A stretch of DNA of 64,000 nucleotides, from assembly GCA_965203055.1 (NCBI GenBank), contig OZ241863.1, positions 3,584,001-3,648,000 on the forward strand, written 5' to 3'. This DNA comes from Spirochaetia bacterium (lineage in GTDB: Bacteria > Spirochaetota > Spirochaetia > SZUA-6 > Bin103). A program made the position numbers and the translations under genes. Below the pieces are notes generated by a model. The model was not told the DNA's origin and did no database searches. It saw only the letters and a program-made list of their open reading frames with translations. This document shows, one piece after another, positions 18,347 through 26,319 of the stretch (position 1 is the stretch's first letter; every line of letters starts with the position of its first letter).

Positions 18347-19951
18347 TCACATCCCCCACACGGTGACCGCAGCGCCGCCTTCCGTTTCCGCGCGGCGGAA
18401 CAGTTTTTCCTTCCACGGCGTGCCTTCGCGGCGGTCGAAGATCACCAGATGCCCTTCCGCCGAGGCGCAGCGGTCCATGTAGGCGCGGGTCTGCCGGAGA
18501 CCGTCGCGCAGGGTCAGGTCAAGGCTGCGGTGCAGCACCTTGCATTCGATGACCGCCTTCTGCATCGAACCGGCGCGGCGCCGAGTCGGCCAGAGGATCA
18601 GCAGGTCGGTGCGCATCCGGCCCAGGCCATACTCGCGCTCGATGCGCCCCCCGCTGTTGACGACGCGCTGCAGAAACGCCTGCAGCAGCAATTGGGGGCC
18701 GGCTTCCCGGTACTGGAACCGCTCCACCCAATGTTCGGAGTGCTCCCGAAAGAACTCCTGGAACGCCGCCAACAGGTCGCCCACCCGCAATTCCCCGTCG
18801 TCGCCGACGTACCAGGCGGGGTCGTGGTGGATCGACATCTCCTGGGTGGTAATAGTCAGGTCGCGCGGGATCACCTCCCGGTAGATCGGGTTGGCGATGC
18901 GCACCGGACGGTCGCGCGCGACCAGGCCCAGGTCGCGGACGTACTGCAAGTCGTCGGCAGGAATCGACTCCGCGGCTGCGGCGCCGCTCAACAGCGGCTC
19001 GATGACGCGCCGCACCCGTTCCTCCTGCAGCTTGTCGGTGAGCTGATCCAGATGTGTATCCCGGCGCAGGATCAGTTGCTCGCGCGCGTCCTGGATGGCG
19101 TCGGCCGTGACCGGCCGGGAGCGGTCGCGGCCGGCCTTGTTTCGGAAGCACGCTTCGTACGCCAGCTCGTTGACCAGCCACGGCTGCCCCTGCGTCAGCT
19201 CCCACACGCCGCGCCGCGCCTGGTCCGTGAACGCCTGGCCGGTCGCCGCGGTGTGCTGCCCCAGCAGGGAGTCGATCTCCTGCGGCGAGAAGTCCCCCAG
19301 CCGCAGGGACTCCGCCTTGATGTTGAAGGCGCTGCCGCCGGTGATGATCGCGTTCTGCGCCGTCGAACGGATGCGGTAGTCGCGCACGTCGCGCACCCCG
19401 CAGAGGATCATGCTCTGCGGAAAGCGGCGCGGGCGTTCCGGGTAAGCGGCGCGCAGTTGCCGGAGCACCGAGATGAGCGTGTCCCCGACCAGTGAATCGA
19501 TCTCGTCGATCATGAGCACCAGCGGCTTCGCGTCCGCCTCGGCCCAGCGGGACAGCACCTCGCCGAGCGCGTCGTTGGGGCCGACTTCGCCGAGAATACC
19601 CGGCCACGCCTCGGCGACGAACCGGTCGCCGAGGGCATGCCGCGCCGCGCGCGCCAGTGCGCTGAGGATGGCGCGCATCCCTTCATGGACGTGCTCCCGA
19701 GCCGCTTGGCCGACCTCTACGTCGACGTACACGCAACGGAACTCGCCGCCCGTGTTCAACCGGTCGCGCAGCGCGAGCAGCGCCGAGGTCTTGCCGGTCT
19801 GCCGCGGCGCGTGCAGGACGAAGTACTTCCACTGCCGGATGAGGAGCAGCAGCTCGTCCACGTCAACCCGCGACAGCGGCGGAACGTGATAATGTATCTC
19901 CGCTTCGACCGGACCGGCGGTATTGAAGTACCGCATAGCCTTCGTGGACAC
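18347..19951 (-). CDS. AAA-like ATPase with C-terminal PD-(D/E)xK nuclease-like domain
   Basis: FNTAGP N-terminus, Walker A APRQTGKT, Walker B MIDEID, C-terminal RTDLLI…VIECK. Start GTG 19951 or ATG 19936. Confidence 0.85.
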   Translation of the reverse strand: MSTKAMRYFNTAGPVEAEIHYHVPPLSRVDVDELLLLIRQWKYFVLHAPRQTGKTSALLALRDRLNTGGEFRCVYVDVEVGQAAREHVHEGMRAILSALARAARHALGDRFVAEAWPGILGEVGPNDALGEVLSRWAEADAKPLVLMIDEIDSLVGDTLISVLRQLRAAYPERPRRFPQSMILCGVRDVRDYRIRSTAQNAIITGGSAFNIKAESLRLGDFSPQEIDSLLGQHTAATGQAFTDQARRGVWELTQGQPWLVNELAYEACFRNKAGRDRSRPVTADAIQDAREQLILRRDTHLDQLTDKLQEERVRRVIEPLLSGAAAAESIPADDLQYVRDLGLVARDRPVRIANPIYREVIPRDLTITTQEMSIHHDPAWYVGDDGELRVGDLLAAFQEFFREHSEHWVERFQYREAGPQLLLQAFLQRVVNSGGRIEREYGLGRMRTDLLILWPTRRRAGSMQKAVIECKVLHRSLDLTLRDGLRQTRAYMDRCASAEGHLVIFDRREGTPWKEKLFRRAETEGGAAVTVWGM

Positions 19952-19990
19952 GTGCCGTACTGTAGCTTGTTGGCGGCCTCGGCGCTAACC

Positions 19991-20531
19991 ATGCCGCATG
20001 AGCACCTGCTGATCGACCAGACGCGGCAGAACCCGGAGACGGTGGAGGGGTCGGTGGGAGCGCGGTTGGCGCAGCTCACGATGATGGCCACGTTCCGCGA
20101 GAGGTGGGAGGAGTTGCTGGAGCAGGCGTCGCGGTTGATGGGAAGGATGTACCGCGCCGACAGGTTCGACGCGGTGGCGCTGCACGTGGAGTACGTGCTG
20201 GCGGCGCAGCCGGAGGAACGGCATCCGGCGTTCGGGGAGGTGCTACGCCGCAACGTGCCGGGCCGGGGAGGAGAACTGATGAACTACGTGGAACGGATGG
20301 TCGAGCGAGGCCGCCGGGAAGGGATGAGCAACGTGGAACGGATGGTCGAGCAGGGCCGTCAGGAAGGCCGCCAGGAAGGCGAGCTGAGGGGGCGGTTGCA
20401 AGCCGCCCAGGGATTGCTGGGCCGCGATGTCCCGTGGTCGACCATCGAGGCGGCTTACCGGCATCGACGAGGCCGCCTTCCGGCGCCTCAAGCAGCAGTT
20501 CGACGACAACGGCGCCGGTCACGCCGAATGA
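19991..20531 (+). pseudogene. C-terminal remnant of an Rpn/YhgA-like (Transposase_31) protein with a frameshift near 20457
   Basis: HLLID start, G(R)xEG repeats (EQGRQEGRQEGELRG), VPWSTIEAA. The expected TGIDE… continuation is in another frame (GCG GCT t ACC GGC ATC GAC GAG…TGA 20531). No N-terminal nuclease domain. Confidence 0.65.
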
Positions 20532-20597
20532 GAAGTGAGATCGGCCGAACAGGCCGCTTCAATCGTCGGCCTCCGGGGTCGTCACGCGGAGCCCTCT

Positions 20598-21941
20598 TCA
20601 GATCCGCGGCACGGCGGCCAGTTCCGTATCCCGGACCTCGGCGACGCGATGATTCCGTATCTGATGGGCGATCAACCACGACGAAACACCGAACGCCGCG
20701 GCCAGTTCGTCGATGTCGTCGACGTCCACCACCGACCGGGACACTCTTTGTCGCAGGCTGGAAGATGGCGCCAGGAACTCGGCGGCGAAGGCACGGTTGC
20801 GCTGCTGGCGCTCGGAGTACGCTCTGGTGAGGAGCGTTTCCATGCCGGGCGACGCCAACGCTTCCGCAAGGGCGCGGCAGAAGTGGAAGCGTCTGGTCTC
20901 CCCGCGGGAGAATCCCCGGAACGCGAAGGCGGGATGCCGGTCATCGTCCCGGGTGATCACGCCATCGACCAACGCCGCCTCGCCGAGGTCCACGGGGGCC
21001 GTCACGCCGGCGAGCAGCGCAGGCTCCTCGCCGATCGCTTCCGCGATTCGCGCCATGGATGGCAGCGGCGCGGCGCCCAGGTCCAGGTTGCGCCGCAGCT
21101 CCTGCGCCAACCGGTAGCCCGCTGCCCACGGAGTGGGAGCCCGCGCCGGTTCGGCAAGGAGCATCTCCCGATCGATCGAGCCGAGACGTTCCCAAAGCAG
21201 GCCATTGGCCTTCGCAAGGCCAAGCGCGTCGGTAACGGCAGCACATTCCCGCATCAGATTCTGCGCACTGAAGGCGGCGGTCGCTTCTTCGAGCGCCGCG
21301 CCGCGCAACTTGCCGGGAAGCTCCATTACGAGTGAGCGCTGGCGGTCATCCACGTCGTAGGGGTCCCAACCGAGCCGGGCCGCGGTGCTGCAGAATTCGA
21401 TCTCGTCGGCATCGGCTGCCTGAATCGCTGCCCACTCTTCCTGCAGCAACGTTCCTTCGACGCCGAGAGACAGAAGCCGCCGGATGACCCGGTCGATGAA
21501 ATCGGCGCACGCAGCGCGGACCTCGCCACTGTCCAGCCATGCCTCTCCTCCGGCGAGGAATTCGATGGAGGTCCAGGGCGAGCGATCAGGCGCCCATGCC
21601 AGACTGGTCACCCCGCCGTGCGGAACCATCCGCAGTTCCGGGAACGCATATCCCTCGCGGTCGCCGCCGATCGCGTGCCTGCGAAGAAAGCCGGGATCGC
21701 CTTCCTTCGCCGGACTTTCGATCTCGTGCATGAGAAACCACCAGTTGGCAGCCATCCACTCGGCGAACGGGTAGAGCGGCACGTACACGAAATCGCGCAC
21801 GGTTCGCGCGCGCGTGTCCAGCACGCGGGTGACGATCGAGTCGTCGACGCGAATCTCCAGCGCTGCCCGAGTAGCGGCCAGCTCGGGGCCGCGGATGCCG
21901 TCCGCATCGATCCAATCGGTCTTGAACCTAAGTCCCGGCAT
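20598..21941 (-). CDS. Uncharacterised protein with C-terminal ImmA/IrrE-like (Peptidase_M78-like) domain lacking HExxH
   Basis: RRFHFCRALAEAL…ERQQRNRAFAAEFLAP…LAAAFGVS pattern. ATG 21941 overlaps the upstream gene end, with GAGGAG upstream. Confidence 0.7.
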   Translation of the reverse strand: MPGLRFKTDWIDADGIRGPELAATRAALEIRVDDSIVTRVLDTRARTVRDFVYVPLYPFAEWMAANWWFLMHEIESPAKEGDPGFLRRHAIGGDREGYAFPELRMVPHGGVTSLAWAPDRSPWTSIEFLAGGEAWLDSGEVRAACADFIDRVIRRLLSLGVEGTLLQEEWAAIQAADADEIEFCSTAARLGWDPYDVDDRQRSLVMELPGKLRGAALEEATAAFSAQNLMRECAAVTDALGLAKANGLLWERLGSIDREMLLAEPARAPTPWAAGYRLAQELRRNLDLGAAPLPSMARIAEAIGEEPALLAGVTAPVDLGEAALVDGVITRDDDRHPAFAFRGFSRGETRRFHFCRALAEALASPGMETLLTRAYSERQQRNRAFAAEFLAPSSSLRQRVSRSVVDVDDIDELAAAFGVSSWLIAHQIRNHRVAEVRDTELAAVPRI

Positions 21942-22344
21942 ACATCTCCTCGATTCCTTCGGGCCATTCCTTCTTGCAGAGCGGGAACCCTTTGTACGAT
22001 CCGTTTCCACGATTCACGAGCCGACCCTCAAAGACCGTCTCTCCGTGCTTGTACCACACATAACGAGGAAATCCGCCTTCCCATGGTGCCGCGGTAGCGC
22101 CTCGTCGTATGGCATCGCGCAGCCATTCGCCGACCACTTCAGGGTCCTTGATCCATCGGGGACAACATGAAGCATCGTCTCGCAAGCGCGGCGGCCCGGC
22201 GAAACTGGGGATGTCCTTGTGTTCGGGGCTCCCCACGTACGTGACGCGTGCGGCCAGACGGTCGAGGTCGACCTCCTCCGGTGGAGATTGCAACACCCTC
22301 TTTCGTGGGCGGTGGTAATGGGGAGCACGCATCTTCCCGATCAT
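21928..22344 (-). CDS. Small basic hypothetical protein (possible toxin)
   Basis: 138-aa ORF with YVGSPEHK, FPRYVW, NRGNGSYKGFP; overlaps the start of the next gene. Confidence 0.7.
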   Translation of the reverse strand: MIGKMRAPHYHRPRKRVLQSPPEEVDLDRLAARVTYVGSPEHKDIPSFAGPPRLRDDASCCPRWIKDPEVVGEWLRDAIRRGATAAPWEGGFPRYVWYKHGETVFEGRLVNRGNGSYKGFPLCKKEWPEGIEEMYAGT

Positions 22345-22391
22345 ACCCCAAGTAGTTCATCCAGCCGCAACCGCCGCCGGATCGCCGCTCG

Positions 22392-23876
22392 TCAGCCGCA
22401 TTGCAGCGTCATGGCAACGAACGACAGCGGCGGTAGCTGACAGGAGGCGCGGCCGGCGCGCACCCGGACCTCGAACGGCTCCGGCTTGATCAGGTCGCCC
22501 CGTTCGAATGAATTGGCCGCCTTGGCATCCGGCCCGGTCAGCGCCTCGGCGCTGCGGCAGGCGGCGATCGACACGTCGGCCGGAGCCAGGATCACGTCCG
22601 CGGCCGTGTCGACGCTGCGGTTGGTGAGAAAGAGCTGCAGCGCGCTGCCGTCGAGGATGGCGCTGGCATCGACGAACGGCACGCGGCCGTTGCTCGCGCC
22701 GGCGTAACTCGGGCCGTCCACCGCCAGTTGCAGGGCAACACCGGCGCGGCGCTTGGAGAACATCTCGAACGGATAGAAGATGCTCTGGACGAGCAGCTCG
22801 TCGCCGCGCGTCTGGATGGGGGCGATCACGTTCACGATCTGCGCGAGGTTGGCGATCTTCACCACGTCGGCATGGCGCACGAAGCTGTGCAGGAACCCGG
22901 CCACCACCAGCGCGTCCTCCAGGTTGTAGACCTCCTCGATCAAGTGGGGGGCGAACTTGCCCGCGCCGTCGGTTTGGCGGTTCTTGTACCACACGTTCCA
23001 CTCGTCGAAGCACAGGAAGGCGCGCTTGCGGCTGCGCGCTCGCGCCTGCGCAAAGCGGCAGGCCGCGTCCATCTCCTCGATCTGGCGATCTATCGACGCG
23101 GTGACCGCGAGATAGTCCGGCGTGTCGCCGTCCGGATTGCCGACGTACCGATGCAGGCTGACGTAGTCCGCCAAGCCGCCCAGGCGGGTCAGGACCTCCC
23201 GGTCCCACTCCATGTAAGTGGGCAGCCCGACGCCGCACGATCCGCATGCGACCAGTTCGATGGAGGAGTCGGCGTCCTTCATCATCTTGGCGGCCTGCCG
23301 GGCGCGGATCGCGTACTGGTCGGCCGGAACGTGGCCGAGCTGCCAGGGGCCGTCCATCTCGTTGCCCAGGCACCACAGCTTCACCGCATGCGGTTCGCGG
23401 CTGCCGTGCGCGGCGCGCAGGTCGGCGTAGCGGGTGCCCGGCGGGCAGTTGCAGTACTCGACCCAGTCGCGCGCTTCTTCCGGCGTACCGGTGCCGAGAT
23501 TGACCGTGAGCATCGGCGTCCAGCCCATGTTCCGGCACAGGCGGACGTACTCGTCGGTGCCGAACCGATTCGGCTCGATGCTCTGCCACGCCAACTCGCG
23601 CACCGTCGGGCGCCCGGCGCGCGGGCCGACACCGTCCTGCCAGTGATAGCCGGAGACGAAGTTGCCGCCCGGATAGCGCATCGCCGTCATGTTCAACCGC
23701 CGCAGCGCCGCCAGGACGTCCGCCCGGCAGCCGTCGGCATCGGCGTGGGCGCTGTCGGGATCGTAGATTCCCTGATACACCGCGCGTCCCATATGCTCGA
23801 GGAACCCGCCGAACACCCGGGGATCGACCGGTGCAATCCGAAACTTCGTGTGCGCAACGATCTTCGTAGGTTGCAA
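22392..23876 (-). CDS. abfA: Alpha-L-arabinofuranosidase (GH51)
   Basis: FGGFLEHMGRAVY, RYPGGNF, LGNEMDGPWQ, FDEWNVW. TTG start follows an AAGGAGAAGG RBS. Confidence 0.92.
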   Translation of the reverse strand: MQPTKIVAHTKFRIAPVDPRVFGGFLEHMGRAVYQGIYDPDSAHADADGCRADVLAALRRLNMTAMRYPGGNFVSGYHWQDGVGPRAGRPTVRELAWQSIEPNRFGTDEYVRLCRNMGWTPMLTVNLGTGTPEEARDWVEYCNCPPGTRYADLRAAHGSREPHAVKLWCLGNEMDGPWQLGHVPADQYAIRARQAAKMMKDADSSIELVACGSCGVGLPTYMEWDREVLTRLGGLADYVSLHRYVGNPDGDTPDYLAVTASIDRQIEEMDAACRFAQARARSRKRAFLCFDEWNVWYKNRQTDGAGKFAPHLIEEVYNLEDALVVAGFLHSFVRHADVVKIANLAQIVNVIAPIQTRGDELLVQSIFYPFEMFSKRRAGVALQLAVDGPSYAGASNGRVPFVDASAILDGSALQLFLTNRSVDTAADVILAPADVSIAACRSAEALTGPDAKAANSFERGDLIKPEPFEVRVRAGRASCQLPPLSFVAMTLQCG

Positions 23877-23969
23877 AGCCTTCTCCTTCAAGGTCTCAAG
23901 CTGACCGTCGTTCCTCCCGGTGCGGAGGAGAGGCACCGGGTGGGGTTCGACCGCCGGCCGGAGACAGAT

Positions 23970-24860
23970 TCATCCAGCCGTAACCGCCACCGGCGCGGAC
24001 TCATCTTCGCCGCCTCCGGTGTCCGGCTCCAAAGCCTCATGCAGCATCGCGTCGAGCATGCGGCGGCGGGTATCTTCCATAGTGACGAGGAGCTCCTCCA
24101 GCCGGTCGCACAAGGCCATCAATTCGTCCACTCTGGCGACGATGCGGCGCTGCTCGAAGAGGGGCGGGAGTGGGAAAGGAGAGTTGGCGAAATACTCGGC
24201 CGGCACCCGTTTCTGCCCCGCGGTACCGGTCATCTTCGGTATTCCGGCTTCGATGAAGTACGGGCACTTTAAGAACAGTACGACATACCTCGGATCGACG
24301 AACAGGGGCCGGACAATGTGCAACTCCGTAGTACCGCTCCCCAGCCCGCCGGCCAAGTTCCGAAAGACCGTCGATTTCCCGTTCTCGAAACAGGGAGTGA
24401 TCTTCGCCAGTCCGACATCACCCTCGGCGAAGTGCGTGTAGCCGCTCCTGATTTCGGCCCACCGCCTGATTTCGTGACGATGCGGCGCCCCATATTCGGA
24501 CGCGATCATCGACATCGGAACGAAAGACGCCTGAACGTCGTCCGGTGCGTGGTTGCGCGGACTGAGCACGCCGATCTCGGCAACCTGACTCCAAGCCCAA
24601 TTCACCGGCAAGATGAATGGCATCTCCTCTCGCGATAATCCTCGTAACGGTTTCTGCCTCCTGATTTCTCTCGCCTCAACCAGCCGATTCTTTTCCTTTG
24701 TGATGAGTTTCAGCAGCTCGGAAGCAGGTTCGTCGTTCGGGTCCTGCGGGACCAGTTTGCCGCGCACGGCCAGATCGAGGATGAAGCGGCGCAGGCGTTG
24801 CACGGCGTCGGGCGTGTCCACGACCGCATCGAAGTGGGCGAGCAGACGGTGCGCGTTCAT
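23970..24860 (-). CDS. hsdS: Type I R-M specificity subunit, half-size (one TRD, 296 aa)
   Basis: LRRFILDLAVRGKLVPQDPNDEPASELL, PFILPVNWAW, TRD (LAKITPCFENGK…GTAGQKRV), PLPPLFEQRRIVARVDELMALCD. ATGA overlap with hsdM. Confidence 0.85.
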   Translation of the reverse strand: MNAHRLLAHFDAVVDTPDAVQRLRRFILDLAVRGKLVPQDPNDEPASELLKLITKEKNRLVEAREIRRQKPLRGLSREEMPFILPVNWAWSQVAEIGVLSPRNHAPDDVQASFVPMSMIASEYGAPHRHEIRRWAEIRSGYTHFAEGDVGLAKITPCFENGKSTVFRNLAGGLGSGTTELHIVRPLFVDPRYVVLFLKCPYFIEAGIPKMTGTAGQKRVPAEYFANSPFPLPPLFEQRRIVARVDELMALCDRLEELLVTMEDTRRRMLDAMLHEALEPDTGGGEDESAPVAVTAG

Positions 24861-26314
24861 CGGGTCAGCGCGCCGGCCAGCATCGCCTTCAACCGGTCGC
24901 GGACGGTCGCCGCCTCCGCCTCGGCGGCGGTCAACTCGGCCAGCAACGTCTCGGGATCGCCATGGTCGTCGTCGCGCGTATGCGGGTTCTTGACGTCGAG
25001 GTTGTAGCCTCTCGCCTTCACTTCCTCGGCGGTCACCTTCCAGGCGCGTTCGGTCTCGGTGCGGCCGCGGCGTTCCGGCCCGCCCCACCAGTCGATGCAG
25101 CCTTGCAGATGTTCCAGGCGGATCGGCCGCGTCATGGAATAGGCTTTCTGACCGGCGGGAACCAAGTGCTCGTAGAACCAGAGGTCGCGGGTCGGCTCGC
25201 CCTTCTCGAAGAACAGCAGGTTGGTGCCGATCGAGGCGTAGGGGCGGAACACGGAATTGGGCAGGCGCACGATGGTGTGCAGGTCGCACTCCGCCATCAG
25301 GTGTTCCTTGAGGCGCGTCTTGACACCTTCGCCGAACAGCGATCCGTCCGGCAGCACTACCGCGGCGCGCCCGCCCGGTTTCAGCAGGCGGACGATGAGC
25401 GCCAGAAACAGATCCGCGGTCTCCTTGGTGCGGAAGTGGGCGGGAAAGTTGCTCTCGATGCCGTCCTCCTCCTTGCCGCCGAACGGCGGATTGGTGAGCA
25501 CGACGTCGACCCGATCGCTCCGCTCCCAACTGACGTAGGGACGGGCCAGCGAGTTGTCGTGGCGCACGAAGCCGGGCTCCGCGATGCCGTGCAGCAGCAT
25601 GTTGGTGACGCACAGCATGTGCGGAAGCTGCTTCTTCTCCACTGCGCGCAGCGCGCCCTGCATGGTCGGTTCGTCGTCCGGCCGCTTGACGTAGCGCTCG
25701 CGCATGTGGCGCAGGGCGCAGGTCAGGAAGCCGCCGGTGCCGCAGGCGGGATCGAACAGCACTTCGCCGGGCCGGGGGTCGATGCGGTCGACCATGAAGG
25801 CGGTGACGGCGCGCGGCGTATAGTACTCGCCGGCGTTGCCCGCCGATTGCAGGTCGTTGAGCAACTGTTCGTAGATGTCGCCGAAGTGCTGGCGGTCGGT
25901 CAGGTCGTTGAAGTCGATGCCGTTGATCCGGTTGACCACCTGCCGCATCAGGTGGCCGGACTTCATGTAGTTGTAGGCATCCTCGAACACGTCGCGCACC
26001 ACGCGGCGGCGGCCGCCGCCCGCTCCCGCTGCCGGCAGCTCCTTCAGCGACGGAAACAGGTCCGCGTTGACGAAGTCGAGCAGCGCTTCGCCGGTGATCC
26101 CTTCCGGGTCCGCGGCCCAGGCACTCCACCGGTACCGACTGGGGATCGGTGATTCGTAGCCGTCACGGATCAGTTCCAGCTCCTGGTCCTGATCGTCGAT
26201 GATCTTGAGGAAGAACATCCAGCACAGTTGGCTGATGCGCTGCGCGTCGCCGTCGATACCGGTGTCCTGGCGCATGATGTCCTGGATCGACTTGATGTGA
26301 GTGCGCACCGACAT
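24857..26314 (-). CDS. hsdM: Type I R-M N6-adenine methyltransferase
   Basis: GEYYTPR, FDPACGTGGF, NPPF. Confidence 0.95.
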   Translation of the reverse strand: MSVRTHIKSIQDIMRQDTGIDGDAQRISQLCWMFFLKIIDDQDQELELIRDGYESPIPSRYRWSAWAADPEGITGEALLDFVNADLFPSLKELPAAGAGGGRRRVVRDVFEDAYNYMKSGHLMRQVVNRINGIDFNDLTDRQHFGDIYEQLLNDLQSAGNAGEYYTPRAVTAFMVDRIDPRPGEVLFDPACGTGGFLTCALRHMRERYVKRPDDEPTMQGALRAVEKKQLPHMLCVTNMLLHGIAEPGFVRHDNSLARPYVSWERSDRVDVVLTNPPFGGKEEDGIESNFPAHFRTKETADLFLALIVRLLKPGGRAAVVLPDGSLFGEGVKTRLKEHLMAECDLHTIVRLPNSVFRPYASIGTNLLFFEKGEPTRDLWFYEHLVPAGQKAYSMTRPIRLEHLQGCIDWWGGPERRGRTETERAWKVTAEEVKARGYNLDVKNPHTRDDDHGDPETLLAELTAAEAEAATVRDRLKAMLAGALTR

Positions 26315-26319
26315 GGCTG

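Noticed and set aside
23970..26129. 719-aa ORF suggesting a long HsdS fusion
   Set aside because: The N-terminal part is an alternate-frame shadow of hsdM; the real start is ATG 24860.
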